DNA of 64,000 bases from a virus. Shown here in pieces: positions 54,788-62,985 of this stretch. The notes beneath the pieces were generated by a model. That model made no database searches. It was not told the origin of the DNA and saw nothing but the letters and a program-made list of their open reading frames with translations. The stretch covers positions 1-64,000 of the IMG/VR virus record IMGVR_UViG_3300020118_000164, one strand, 5' to 3'. Each line of letters starts with the position of its first letter. Position 1 is the stretch's first letter. The position numbers and the translations under genes were made by a program.

Positions 54788-56371
54788 ATGGAACCCGAGG
54801 CCCTTAAGGCCGTACAGACCGCGATCGAAACGGAGATGAAGAAGTTCTCCGAGGAGACGCTCGTCCCGCTGGTCAAGAAGCAGGACGACGAGATGAAGAA
54901 GCACGGCAAGGCGACCGAGGAGACCGGCAAGGCCCTCTCCGACGCCGGCAAGAAGCAGGACGAGATGACGAAGGAGCTGGCCGAGATCAAGGCGTCGCTG
55001 GCCGAGCAGACCGAGACCATCGGCGGCTACAAGTCGAAGATCGGCGACTTGGAGGAGGCCATCAAGAAGGGCCAGCGGCCGGGATGGGGCGATCCCTCCG
55101 TCGAGGAGTACAAGTCCGCTGGCGCGCGGTTCACGGAATGGCTCGGTGACGAAGGCCAGAAGTCGTTGCTCGACGGCCTCAAGCGCACCGAGGGCGCCCA
55201 GCTCCGCAGCTCCCCGGCGTTCGGCGTCAAGCGCCTGCATCCGCCCAAGGTCGAGCGCAAGGCGGTCGCCACTACAGACATCGTCCTGGTGCCGCAGCTT
55301 CAGCCCGGCATCGTCCAGCTTCTGGGGCCGCGCCTCATGATCCGCGACCTGATGCCGTCCTCGCCGCTCGGCCCTCCGGGGCTGACGGCCTGGGTGGAGG
55401 AGACCGGCTTCTTCTCCGTCGCGACGCAGGCCGTTACCTCGATCACCCGCAGCGGCTCGGTGGCCACGGTCACCACGACTGCGGCCCACGGCCTGCGTAG
55501 CATGGACCGGGTCCAGATCGCTGGTGCCGCACAGCCCGAGTACAACGTCATCGGCCGCGTGACCGTCACCGGCGCGACGACCTTCACCTACGCGGTGAGC
55601 GGCACGCCGGCGACTCCCGCCACGACCACGACCGCGCTCACCGCGAACCGGATGAACAATTTCGGTGCCGCTGCGTTCGTGGCCGAAGGTAGCCCGAAGC
55701 CGGAAGCCGGTCTCAAGCTCACGGAGCGGACGGGCCGGGCCGAGGTCATCGCGCACTGGCTCACCGTGACCCGCCAGTCACTCGACGACATGCCCGGCCT
55801 CCGTGCGCAGATCGACAACCGCCTCCTGACCGGCCTCGATTACGCCGAAGAGCAGGCGATCCTCTACGGCAACGGCAGCACGCCCAACGTCCAGGGCATC
55901 ATGACTCACCCCAACGTCCAGAAGTACAACTGGAGCGCGGGCAAGGCAGGCGACAACAAGATGGACGCGATCCGGCGAGCGATCACCCGCGTCCAGCTCG
56001 CCTTCATGACTCCGAGCGGCGGAGTGGTCAATCCCCTCGACTTCGAAGACATCGAGACCGCCAAGGGCTCGACCGACTACTACATCTGGATGCAGGCGCC
56101 CGGCGCCGGTGCCGGAGATCGTGTCTGGCGCCTGCCGCTCGTCGTGACCCCGGCGATCGTCGAGAAGGACTTTCTCATCGGCGCCTTCGCTGAGGGCGGC
56201 GAGATCCGAGAGCGAGAGGACAACACGATCCGCTTCTCGGACAACGTCGGCACGAACTTCACCTCCAACCTCCTCGTGATCCTGGCGGAGGAGCGGATGC
56301 TGCCGGTCTGGTATCGCCCGGAGGCGTTCGTGGCCGGTGACTTCGACAACGCCCCGGTCGTGACGCCGTAA
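54788..56371 (+). CDS. HK97-fold major capsid protein with N-terminal coiled-coil delta domain and an internal insertion
   Basis: IRDL, VAEG..KPE, IAHW, L..AEEQAILYGNG, NP.D, WRLPLV, F..NL..ILAEER..RPEAFV. Confidence 0.95.
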   Translation: MEPEALKAVQTAIETEMKKFSEETLVPLVKKQDDEMKKHGKATEETGKALSDAGKKQDEMTKELAEIKASLAEQTETIGGYKSKIGDLEEAIKKGQRPGWGDPSVEEYKSAGARFTEWLGDEGQKSLLDGLKRTEGAQLRSSPAFGVKRLHPPKVERKAVATTDIVLVPQLQPGIVQLLGPRLMIRDLMPSSPLGPPGLTAWVEETGFFSVATQAVTSITRSGSVATVTTTAAHGLRSMDRVQIAGAAQPEYNVIGRVTVTGATTFTYAVSGTPATPATTTTALTANRMNNFGAAAFVAEGSPKPEAGLKLTERTGRAEVIAHWLTVTRQSLDDMPGLRAQIDNRLLTGLDYAEEQAILYGNGSTPNVQGIMTHPNVQKYNWSAGKAGDNKMDAIRRAITRVQLAFMTPSGGVVNPLDFEDIETAKGSTDYYIWMQAPGAGAGDRVWRLPLVVTPAIVEKDFLIGAFAEGGEIREREDNTIRFSDNVGTNFTSNLLVILAEERMLPVWYRPEAFVAGDFDNAPVVTP

Positions 56372-56378
56372 GGAGGCG

Positions 56379-57092
56379 ATGATGCGACGCAACGTCATCT
56401 CTCTTGCCGTCTTGGGCGCGCTCCTCCTAACGCTCGGGCTCGGTGCGCAGGTCCCGCGCACGACGGACTCTCTGCGCCGCGCCGATATCCAGCGCAGCTT
56501 TCTCAAATCAGCCGCATTCACCAGGACGATCACCGTCGCCCCGGACGGCCGCGGCGACTACTCGACGCTCGCCCTTGCCTACACCTACATCACCTCGCAG
56601 ACGCACGACGCGACGCATCACTGGCAGGTCATCGTCTACCCGGACGCCACGATCACGTCGCCCGGCACGCGGCCGACCTTCACCTCGGTCGAGGTGCTCG
56701 GCTCGGTCCCGTCCGGCATCACCAGCACGTTCACTTTCGCCCCGGCCGCAGGCGCCGCGAACGTGTCCGAAATCACGATCACGGCGACGGATGCGGCCGG
56801 GGCGACTGTCGCCTCGGTCCAGAACTATGACCTCTGGCTTTCCGATTCCGCGACGTGCGCCGGGTTGACCGGCACGACCGCAACCGGCGCGGTCGCGGCG
56901 AAAGCGGCGTCTGGTGTCGATCTGGTCGTCTACACGGCCAAGAAGGCGCAGCGAGTTCAGACGCTCGCAACCGGGGTCTACGTCCTCAGCATCACGGACA
57001 CCGCGAAGACGGGATTCTTCGTCTGCGCCGCGATTCCGTCGAGCGGCAAGGCTGTCTCCTCCGCGCAGCTCGTGGCCGGCAACTTCGGGTAA
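56379..57092 (+). CDS. putative head decoration protein with signal peptide
   Basis: Directly after the capsid gene, AGGAGG RBS; MMRRNVISLAVLGALLLTLGLGAQ; Thr/Ala-rich beta sequence. Confidence 0.6.
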   Translation: MMRRNVISLAVLGALLLTLGLGAQVPRTTDSLRRADIQRSFLKSAAFTRTITVAPDGRGDYSTLALAYTYITSQTHDATHHWQVIVYPDATITSPGTRPTFTSVEVLGSVPSGITSTFTFAPAAGAANVSEITITATDAAGATVASVQNYDLWLSDSATCAGLTGTTATGAVAAKAASGVDLVVYTAKKAQRVQTLATGVYVLSITDTAKTGFFVCAAIPSSGKAVSSAQLVAGNFG

Positions 57093-57104
57093 GGAGGTCT
57101 CCTG

Positions 57105-57428
57105 ATGCCCGTCGAGATCGAGAAGGTTGGACCGCAGGCGCCGCAGATCACGCCGCCAGCCGCGAGTACGGATCTCGTGGGCCACTCGCGTGAGGTCTCG
57201 CCGCAGAGAGAGGTCAAGCGGCCTCACAAGATGACGGCGCTCCGCCGCATGATCGCGCCAGATACCAATCGGCTCGTCGGCAAGGGATCGGCGTTCAATG
57301 CAAGCGATGTGGAGCGGCAGAGCTTCCTTGCTCACGGCAGCCTCGCCGAGGATGCCGTAGAGACCGGCAATAGCGTGACGCCTCCGCCGGCTACCCAGAA
57401 GAGCGCCGCGCCGCAGAAGGCCAAGTAA
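57105..57428 (+). CDS. hypothetical protein (head module)
   Basis: AGGAGG RBS. Confidence 0.6.
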   Translation: MPVEIEKVGPQAPQITPPAASTDLVGHSREVSPQREVKRPHKMTALRRMIAPDTNRLVGKGSAFNASDVERQSFLAHGSLAEDAVETGNSVTPPPATQKSAAPQKAK

Positions 57429-57450
57429 GGGCCGAGGGAGATGCGCCATC

Positions 57451-58083
57451 GTGATCCCGCTCTCAGAGCTGAAGGCTTGGCTCACGATCACTGACAGCGG
57501 GAGTGATGACCTCCTGACGCAGCTAGAGGCCCGCATGGTCGCCAAGGTCGAGCAGTGGACCGGCGACTACCTAGGACCCGTCGTCGCGTTCACCGAGATC
57601 CTCGACGGCGGCGGCCGCGACAGATTGTGGCTGCGGCAGAAGCCGATCGGCGCCCCTACCATCTCGCTCCGTACCTCTCCGGCGGATGACTGGATTGATC
57701 TGGCGCCGACGGATATCGAGGTAGATGGTCGGAAGGTCTACCGCAAAGGCAACAGCCTCTCCTCACCGCTCATGCTCGACAGCTACCACTACGGCTCGAC
57801 CTTCGGTGTCCATGCATGGCCGCGCGGGTGCCGCAATGTACGCGCGGTCTATGAATCCGGATTCGCTGAGGGCGACGAGCCGCAGTTGGAGAAGGACGTC
57901 GTAATGGAGCTGGTGGCCCGCTCGTTCTTGGGCCGGAGTGCCGGCGGCGGTGGTGTCGCATCGAAGCGCTGGTCGGGTCCAGAGGGTAGTGCGGATAGCG
58001 GGAGCGCCGAGATCGTCTTCCGCCCCTACAAGGATCTCGCAAATCCACTCGACGTGATTCCGCGGCGTCCAGCGGTGGCCTAG
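57451..58083 (+). CDS. head-tail connector (gp6/gp15-like)
   Basis: LSELKAWL.I....DDLL..L....VE..TG; WPRG.RNV...Y..G. Confidence 0.75.
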   Translation: MIPLSELKAWLTITDSGSDDLLTQLEARMVAKVEQWTGDYLGPVVAFTEILDGGGRDRLWLRQKPIGAPTISLRTSPADDWIDLAPTDIEVDGRKVYRKGNSLSSPLMLDSYHYGSTFGVHAWPRGCRNVRAVYESGFAEGDEPQLEKDVVMELVARSFLGRSAGGGGVASKRWSGPEGSADSGSAEIVFRPYKDLANPLDVIPRRPAVA

Positions 58084-58085
58084 CC

Positions 58086-59018
58086 ATGGACCTCACTCTG
58101 CCTCTCGGCGCATCCGGTCTCACCCTGGCGGACATCGGCCTGCGCCTCTACTCGGGCGCGGTGCGTCAGACCTTGCCTGCGGGCGTGGCGCTGACGCCGC
58201 TTACGGGCGATGCGGTTGATTACGTTCTCTCCGGCCTGCCTGACACCGGCGACAATCTGATCGTCACAGGGGAGTATCCCGCGGGCATCGGGTTTGAGCT
58301 GCACTGGAATGAGCGCTCCCCCGTGCCGCCGCGGGCCATCGTGCCGGTGCGAACGGGCGGCCTAGATCTGGCCGGGCTGGGGGTCTCGGTGGCGCGTGAT
58401 GGGATCAGCGTCACGGCCGGCATCACCGCGACCGAGCTCGGGACGGTAGAAGAGGCCGGAGACTACGCCGTGGCGGGCTGGCCGACGACCGCAAGGGCCG
58501 CCGCGCAGGAGTCTTGGACGGTGCGCGCCCGCATGGGCGGTACGTACTACGCTCGCACCTGGACAGTCCCGCGCTTCGGCTATGCCTCGGTGGACGACTT
58601 CCTGGCAAAGTTCAACGGAGCGAACTCCTTACGGCTCTCGACCGGCTACATGCCGGCCCCGAACCTCACCGACGCAGAGGTGCGGGCAATCGTGCAAGAT
58701 GCGCTCGACGCCGCCACGGCGCGCATGAACGCGGCGCTCTCGAATGCCCGCTATGCGGTGCCGGTGCTGGTCGAGTCCATCGCCGATCCCGCTGAGGCCA
58801 TCCAGGTCGCGGCGGCGCTGCGATCAATCTGTATCGACGGCGCCGCGGCGCAATTGGCAATCGGCCTCTCCGATATCCCGGCGACGCTGACCGCGGCTGA
58901 GGCTCGATTCAACCTCTGGGCGCGCAGCTTGATCGGCGTCCTCGTGTTCGATGACTTCGGGAACCTGGTGCGCCGTGGCCAGACCGCGAGCCTGCCGGGC
59001 TTGGCGAGGGTGGCATGA
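58086..59018 (+). CDS. structural protein with C-terminal Mu gp36/DUF1320-like domain
   Basis: YASVDDF....ALDAAT..MNA.L...RYAVP..L..IC. Confidence 0.55.
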   Translation: MDLTLPLGASGLTLADIGLRLYSGAVRQTLPAGVALTPLTGDAVDYVLSGLPDTGDNLIVTGEYPAGIGFELHWNERSPVPPRAIVPVRTGGLDLAGLGVSVARDGISVTAGITATELGTVEEAGDYAVAGWPTTARAAAQESWTVRARMGGTYYARTWTVPRFGYASVDDFLAKFNGANSLRLSTGYMPAPNLTDAEVRAIVQDALDAATARMNAALSNARYAVPVLVESIADPAEAIQVAAALRSICIDGAAAQLAIGLSDIPATLTAAEARFNLWARSLIGVLVFDDFGNLVRRGQTASLPGLARVA

Positions 59019-59443
59019 CCGCGGAAGACGCGTGCGACGTGGTAGCCGGCGAGCTGGTCGGCGGCTTTCGTGCGCTCCCCGTACTGCTCGACGACAACAC
59101 GGACCCCGGCTTCATCCCGGACAGCGGCGGGGTGCGGCTCGTCCTCTCTTCGGGGAGCGAGGTGCCGTACGCGAGCTCTGGGGTCTATGAGGAGCCGCTC
59201 GTTTTCACTGCCGAGATCAGCACACTCAAGGGCTCGGGTCGGCGTCTCGCGCAGCGGCACGGCGAGACCATCCGCGCGATCTTCCGCGGACGCACTCTCC
59301 TGGCCCCGAATCCAGGGGGCGGCCACCTTCTCACTACACGGACGCAGTCTGATTTCCTGGGCATCGTCAAGACCGCGACCGATGGCCGCGAGTTCTACAG
59401 GGTCAACGCCGTGCTCGTCTTCAAGAACCTGTCCTATCACTAG
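59015..59443 (+). CDS. putative tail terminator
   Basis: Size and position; I.T.KGSG.......I.AIFR..Y.VN. Confidence 0.55.
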   Translation: MTAEDACDVVAGELVGGFRALPVLLDDNTDPGFIPDSGGVRLVLSSGSEVPYASSGVYEEPLVFTAEISTLKGSGRRLAQRHGETIRAIFRGRTLLAPNPGGGHLLTTRTQSDFLGIVKTATDGREFYRVNAVLVFKNLSYH

Positions 59444-59452
59444 GAGACCTCA

Positions 59453-59794
59453 ATGGACCCGCTCACCAAGAAAGGCAACGGCATCATTCAGCCCACCGCA
59501 CCAACCGAGGAGCCGGCGCCGGTCGAGGAGGAGCTGGTCGAGATTGAGGCGCTCTACACCTCGCCGATGCCGGAGCCGGTACGTACCGGCCTGCGGGTGT
59601 GGCGCCCCCGGAGCGAGGCGCTGCTCTACGTAGACCAGGGCAAGGCGAAGCTCGTCACGCCGGAGCACGAGACGCCACCCGCGCCGCCCGAGAATCCCGC
59701 GCCTGAGCAGCCCGCCCCGTCCGGCGCCAACCACCCCTTGACCGGCGAGCCCGCGATCCTCTCCGGCCTGCCTGTGCATGAGGTCGAGCCGTAA
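59453..59794 (+). CDS. Pro-rich hypothetical protein
   Basis: AGGAG RBS. Confidence 0.55.
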   Translation: MDPLTKKGNGIIQPTAPTEEPAPVEEELVEIEALYTSPMPEPVRTGLRVWRPRSEALLYVDQGKAKLVTPEHETPPAPPENPAPEQPAPSGANHPLTGEPAILSGLPVHEVEP

Positions 59795-59803
59795 GGCACT
59801 CCT

Positions 59804-60217
59804 ATGGCCGGCGGCGACATGAACCTGAGCGAGTTCGCCACCTTCCTGGAGGATGACCTCCCGGTGGTCGGGATGAACGAGCCCGCGCGGGTTGTGGTCA
59901 CGGACATAATGGATCGGCTCCAGGCGGGGCTGACCGGACCCGGCGGCGTGCCGGTGCTCTCGGGCAGACTGCGCGCATCCGTATCCCCGTTCTCCGCCAA
60001 GGTTCCTGAAGGCGAAAGGGCGAGCCCGCCGGCCGGCGAGACGTCGCTCATCCAGAGCCACGCCGAGGTCGAGGCGGTCATGAAGGGCTGGCAGATCGGG
60101 GATGACTGCGGTGCGGTCACCAGCCTGCCCTACTCCTCGATCATCCTGGCGGACGGCCATTCACAGAAGTTCGACACCGGCCGACTCGACGTCATCATCG
60201 AAGAGGCAACGCGGTGA
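59804..60217 (+). CDS. HK97 gp10-like tail completion protein
   Basis: PVLSGRLRAS..LPY...L..GHS. Confidence 0.65.
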   Translation: MAGGDMNLSEFATFLEDDLPVVGMNEPARVVVTDIMDRLQAGLTGPGGVPVLSGRLRASVSPFSAKVPEGERASPPAGETSLIQSHAEVEAVMKGWQIGDDCGAVTSLPYSSIILADGHSQKFDTGRLDVIIEEATR

Positions 60218-60720
60218 GCTTCTATTTGCCCTCGCCCCCGCCCTTCATGGAACAAACGGCCAAGGAGCTGCCGCCGGGTACATGGCTCGCGTTCAATGGC
60301 CATGAGGCCAGAATCCAAGAGGCATGGAATGGCGAGAAGTTGATCCTCTGGTCGTTCGACCGATCGACTGGCAGCGAGCGGGTGACGGAGATCGCTAGCG
60401 AAAGCCTTGGGCGGCTGGGTCCCGTCGCGACGATTGGGGGTGGCGCGGAATGGCGCATGAAGGTTCTGCCCGCCCTTACAGCCGGGCTTCTGGGGGCCGT
60501 GGTCGCCCGAAGCGTAGCGCCGCAAAGGGACGAGTGGAACGAGTTGAAGTGGCGCATTGAGCTAATACATCGCGTTGCAATCCAGGACGGCAACGCACCG
60601 CCCCTTAACCTCCAAGAGGTTGACTCCGTCGCGGACTTGCTCAGCGATTGGTGGGTAGGGGTCGCGCCAGAATTGCGGCGCGATCCGCCGCCCCGCGATT
60701 TCGATAATCCAGGACTCTAG
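60214..60720 (+). CDS. hypothetical protein
   Basis: Coupled ORF in the tail module. Confidence 0.5.
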   Translation: MSFYLPSPPPFMEQTAKELPPGTWLAFNGHEARIQEAWNGEKLILWSFDRSTGSERVTEIASESLGRLGPVATIGGGAEWRMKVLPALTAGLLGAVVARSVAPQRDEWNELKWRIELIHRVAIQDGNAPPLNLQEVDSVADLLSDWWVGVAPELRRDPPPRDFDNPGL

Positions 60721-60729
60721 GAGACGCAC

Positions 60730-61950
60730 ATGACCAATCCGATCCCGACGACCCTCAGTGGGTACACCGTGCGCTCCATCCGCGAGGTCACGCCCGGAAC
60801 CACTCCGGCCGGCGCGATGCAGAGCCTTCCATTCAAGACCTTTACTCCCGCGGGCGGCGACGTGACGCGCACCAAGGCCGGCAACGTGAGCGGCTCGGGA
60901 CAGGTGCCCGCCAACATCGCTACGGATCTCGTCACGCCCTCGGTCGCCGCCTCGTCGGATCTACTCCACTCCCACTATAACCAGATGTGGGGTGAGGTGA
61001 TGTGCGCCGACGCCGTGGCCGGTCCCGCCGCGGTGACCGGCACGAACATCTCGATCACATCCGGGAACAAGCTCACTCTCGTCTCCGGCACCTGGCCGTT
61101 CCTGGTCGGCGACTACGTCTACGTGACCGGACCGTGGGTAAGCGGCAATCCGGTCAAGTTCATCTCGCGAGTTACGGCGAATGCGACCGTCAACCTGACG
61201 CTCGACACGGCCTATGGCACGCTCACCGCCGAGGCCAACCCCGGCACCGTCTCGGTGAGCTACGCCAGCCGGTTCCGGCTCGGGAACTCGTTGCTCACCG
61301 GCACCTACGAGATGTTCCACCCGACCGCCCTCACGGGGAGCGTGCTCACCTACCTATCGGCGTACGGCGTCACGGCGAAGTTCACGCACCCCGGCGCGCC
61401 GGATCTGACCTGGCAGTTCATGGGGCCGAACATCGCTGCGATCACGACGGCCCTAGCGAACACCACGACCGCGGCGGCCGCGCAGTATCCGATGAATAGC
61501 AATATCGGCTTCGGGGCGAAGTTGCTAACGGGCGGCGGCGGCGGACTCTTCTACTCCGGCGCGCTGTACCCGAACGTCAGGGTCCAGGAGCTGAGCGTTG
61601 CGATCACTCGACCCCGCAAGGTGTCCGGCGCCGCCGGCACGCTCGGGCCGCTCGTGGTCTTCGTGGATGACCTGTTCGACATCAAGGTGTCCCTGAAGGT
61701 CTGCAACGACCACGCCGACGCCCGCGCGCTACTCACCGACTCGCGCAACCCGAACACCGTCGCTAGCCTCGGATGGGCCTGGCAGGCACCTGACGGGGCC
61801 TTGGAGTACTGGTATTTCGCCGGCCTCGACCCGAGCAAGGGCACGCCGGGACAGGGCGTCGCCCAGACCGGAGAGGACATTTTCGAGTTCGAGTGGATGG
61901 CTCACGCGGACGCCACTCACACCATGTTCGAGCGCGTTTTGTTGACCTAA
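60730..61950 (+). CDS. tail tube (major tail) protein
   Basis: IREVTPGTTP N-terminus; position before chaperone and tape measure. Confidence 0.75.
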   Translation: MTNPIPTTLSGYTVRSIREVTPGTTPAGAMQSLPFKTFTPAGGDVTRTKAGNVSGSGQVPANIATDLVTPSVAASSDLLHSHYNQMWGEVMCADAVAGPAAVTGTNISITSGNKLTLVSGTWPFLVGDYVYVTGPWVSGNPVKFISRVTANATVNLTLDTAYGTLTAEANPGTVSVSYASRFRLGNSLLTGTYEMFHPTALTGSVLTYLSAYGVTAKFTHPGAPDLTWQFMGPNIAAITTALANTTTAAAAQYPMNSNIGFGAKLLTGGGGGLFYSGALYPNVRVQELSVAITRPRKVSGAAGTLGPLVVFVDDLFDIKVSLKVCNDHADARALLTDSRNPNTVASLGWAWQAPDGALEYWYFAGLDPSKGTPGQGVAQTGEDIFEFEWMAHADATHTMFERVLLT

Positions 61951-61960
61951 CGGGAGATCT

Positions 61961-62536
61961 ATGGCAGTTAAGATTAAGGTCGAAAAGCAGTTCACGGAGA
62001 TGCCGGTGGCTGGCGGCGGCGTGATCTTGGTACGCGCCGAGGGAGACGAACTCGCCCGCCTCACTGCCGCGAGATTCCAGGAACTCAAAGCCGCGCGGGG
62101 CATGAAGCCGGACGACCCGACTGCGTTCGATATCGTCATGGCGGTTGCGAATGAGACGGCGACGGCTGAGGGCCTGGCCACGCAGCTCATCGCGATGCCT
62201 GACTCTCCGTTCATCGCCAGCGACAAGGCGGCGCTGGCCGCGTTCGGAGTCGGCAAACTAGCCGCGCTCGCGACGAAGTACTCCGGCGTATCGATCGAGG
62301 AATGGCAGAAGGTAACATCAGAGTGCGCGATCGGCCAGAGCTTCGGCGGTTTCAGGAACTTCGTGGATGAGGACGGCAATCCGGTGTCGGACAAGAATCC
62401 TGACGGCTCGCTGAATGTTGAGATGTGCACGGCGCTCTTGCAGCTCGACGAGGTGTTCGACGCCTATATGACCGGCAAGGGCCGCCTCAACCGCGCCCGG
62501 AATGAGCGCTGGGGTGGCGTGCAAAAAAACTCTTAA
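61961..62536 (+). CDS. tail assembly chaperone (gpG-like)
   Basis: Position; ends at slippery site ...QKNS. Confidence 0.75.
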   Translation: MAVKIKVEKQFTEMPVAGGGVILVRAEGDELARLTAARFQELKAARGMKPDDPTAFDIVMAVANETATAEGLATQLIAMPDSPFIASDKAALAAFGVGKLAALATKYSGVSIEEWQKVTSECAIGQSFGGFRNFVDEDGNPVSDKNPDGSLNVEMCTALLQLDEVFDAYMTGKGRLNRARNERWGGVQKNS

Positions 62537-62573
62537 GCGCCTTCCGCTGGTGGACGAAATGGGGAGGCGCTTA
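62524..62573 (+). promoter_or_regulatory. -1 programmed ribosomal frameshift signal
   Basis: A AAA AAC at 62524-62530; 12-bp stem 62534-62545/62562-62573; -1 frame open to 62985. Confidence 0.85.
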
Positions 62574-62985
62574 CAAGTCTAAGCTGGCACGCGAAGAAGA
62601 GCGCGAGACTCTCTACCAACACGAAAAGCAACAGGCCATGGAACGCGCGAGTCGCACCGGAGAGGATCTCGGCGCCCTCATGGTCAAGGTCGAGGCGGAT
62701 CATGCTGGGCGGGCGCAGCCATGCTTTCTTGAGCCCGCTTACCGGGACTATTTAGACCATCGGTATCCTCCGTCGCTAGCAGGTGAGGTTTGGCTAGGCT
62801 ACAACCGCCTCGCCGGTGACCGCACCATGATCGTCCTCCCGATGGGAGGCGTCGTGCCCGGACCGATCCCATGGTTCAACGGTGAGGAGTTCTTCGACCG
62901 GAACGACGTGGACCCGGATGACCGCAACATTTGGCGCGACCTCTGGGCCGTCATGGACAGTATCCAGGCGGAGGCGCAGAAGTAG
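62524..62985 (+). CDS. tail chaperone frameshift extension (gpGT-like)
   Basis: -1 frame reads KKLLSAFRWWTKWG... into ORF 62638..62985. Confidence 0.75.
   Translation, partial: KKLLSAFRWWTKWGGAYKSKLAREEERETLYQHEKQQAMERASRTGEDLGALMVKVEADHAGRAQPCFLEPAYRDYLDHRYPPSLAGEVWLGYNRLAGDRTMIVLPMGGVVPGPIPWFNGEEFFDRNDVDPDDRNIWRDLWAVMDSIQAEAQK

Noticed and set aside
47022-57545. Long antisense ORFs (e.g. 47022..48245, 48445..49836, 54671..55756, 56508..57545)
   Set aside because: Shadows of GC3-biased genes on the opposite strand, with no motifs or RBS
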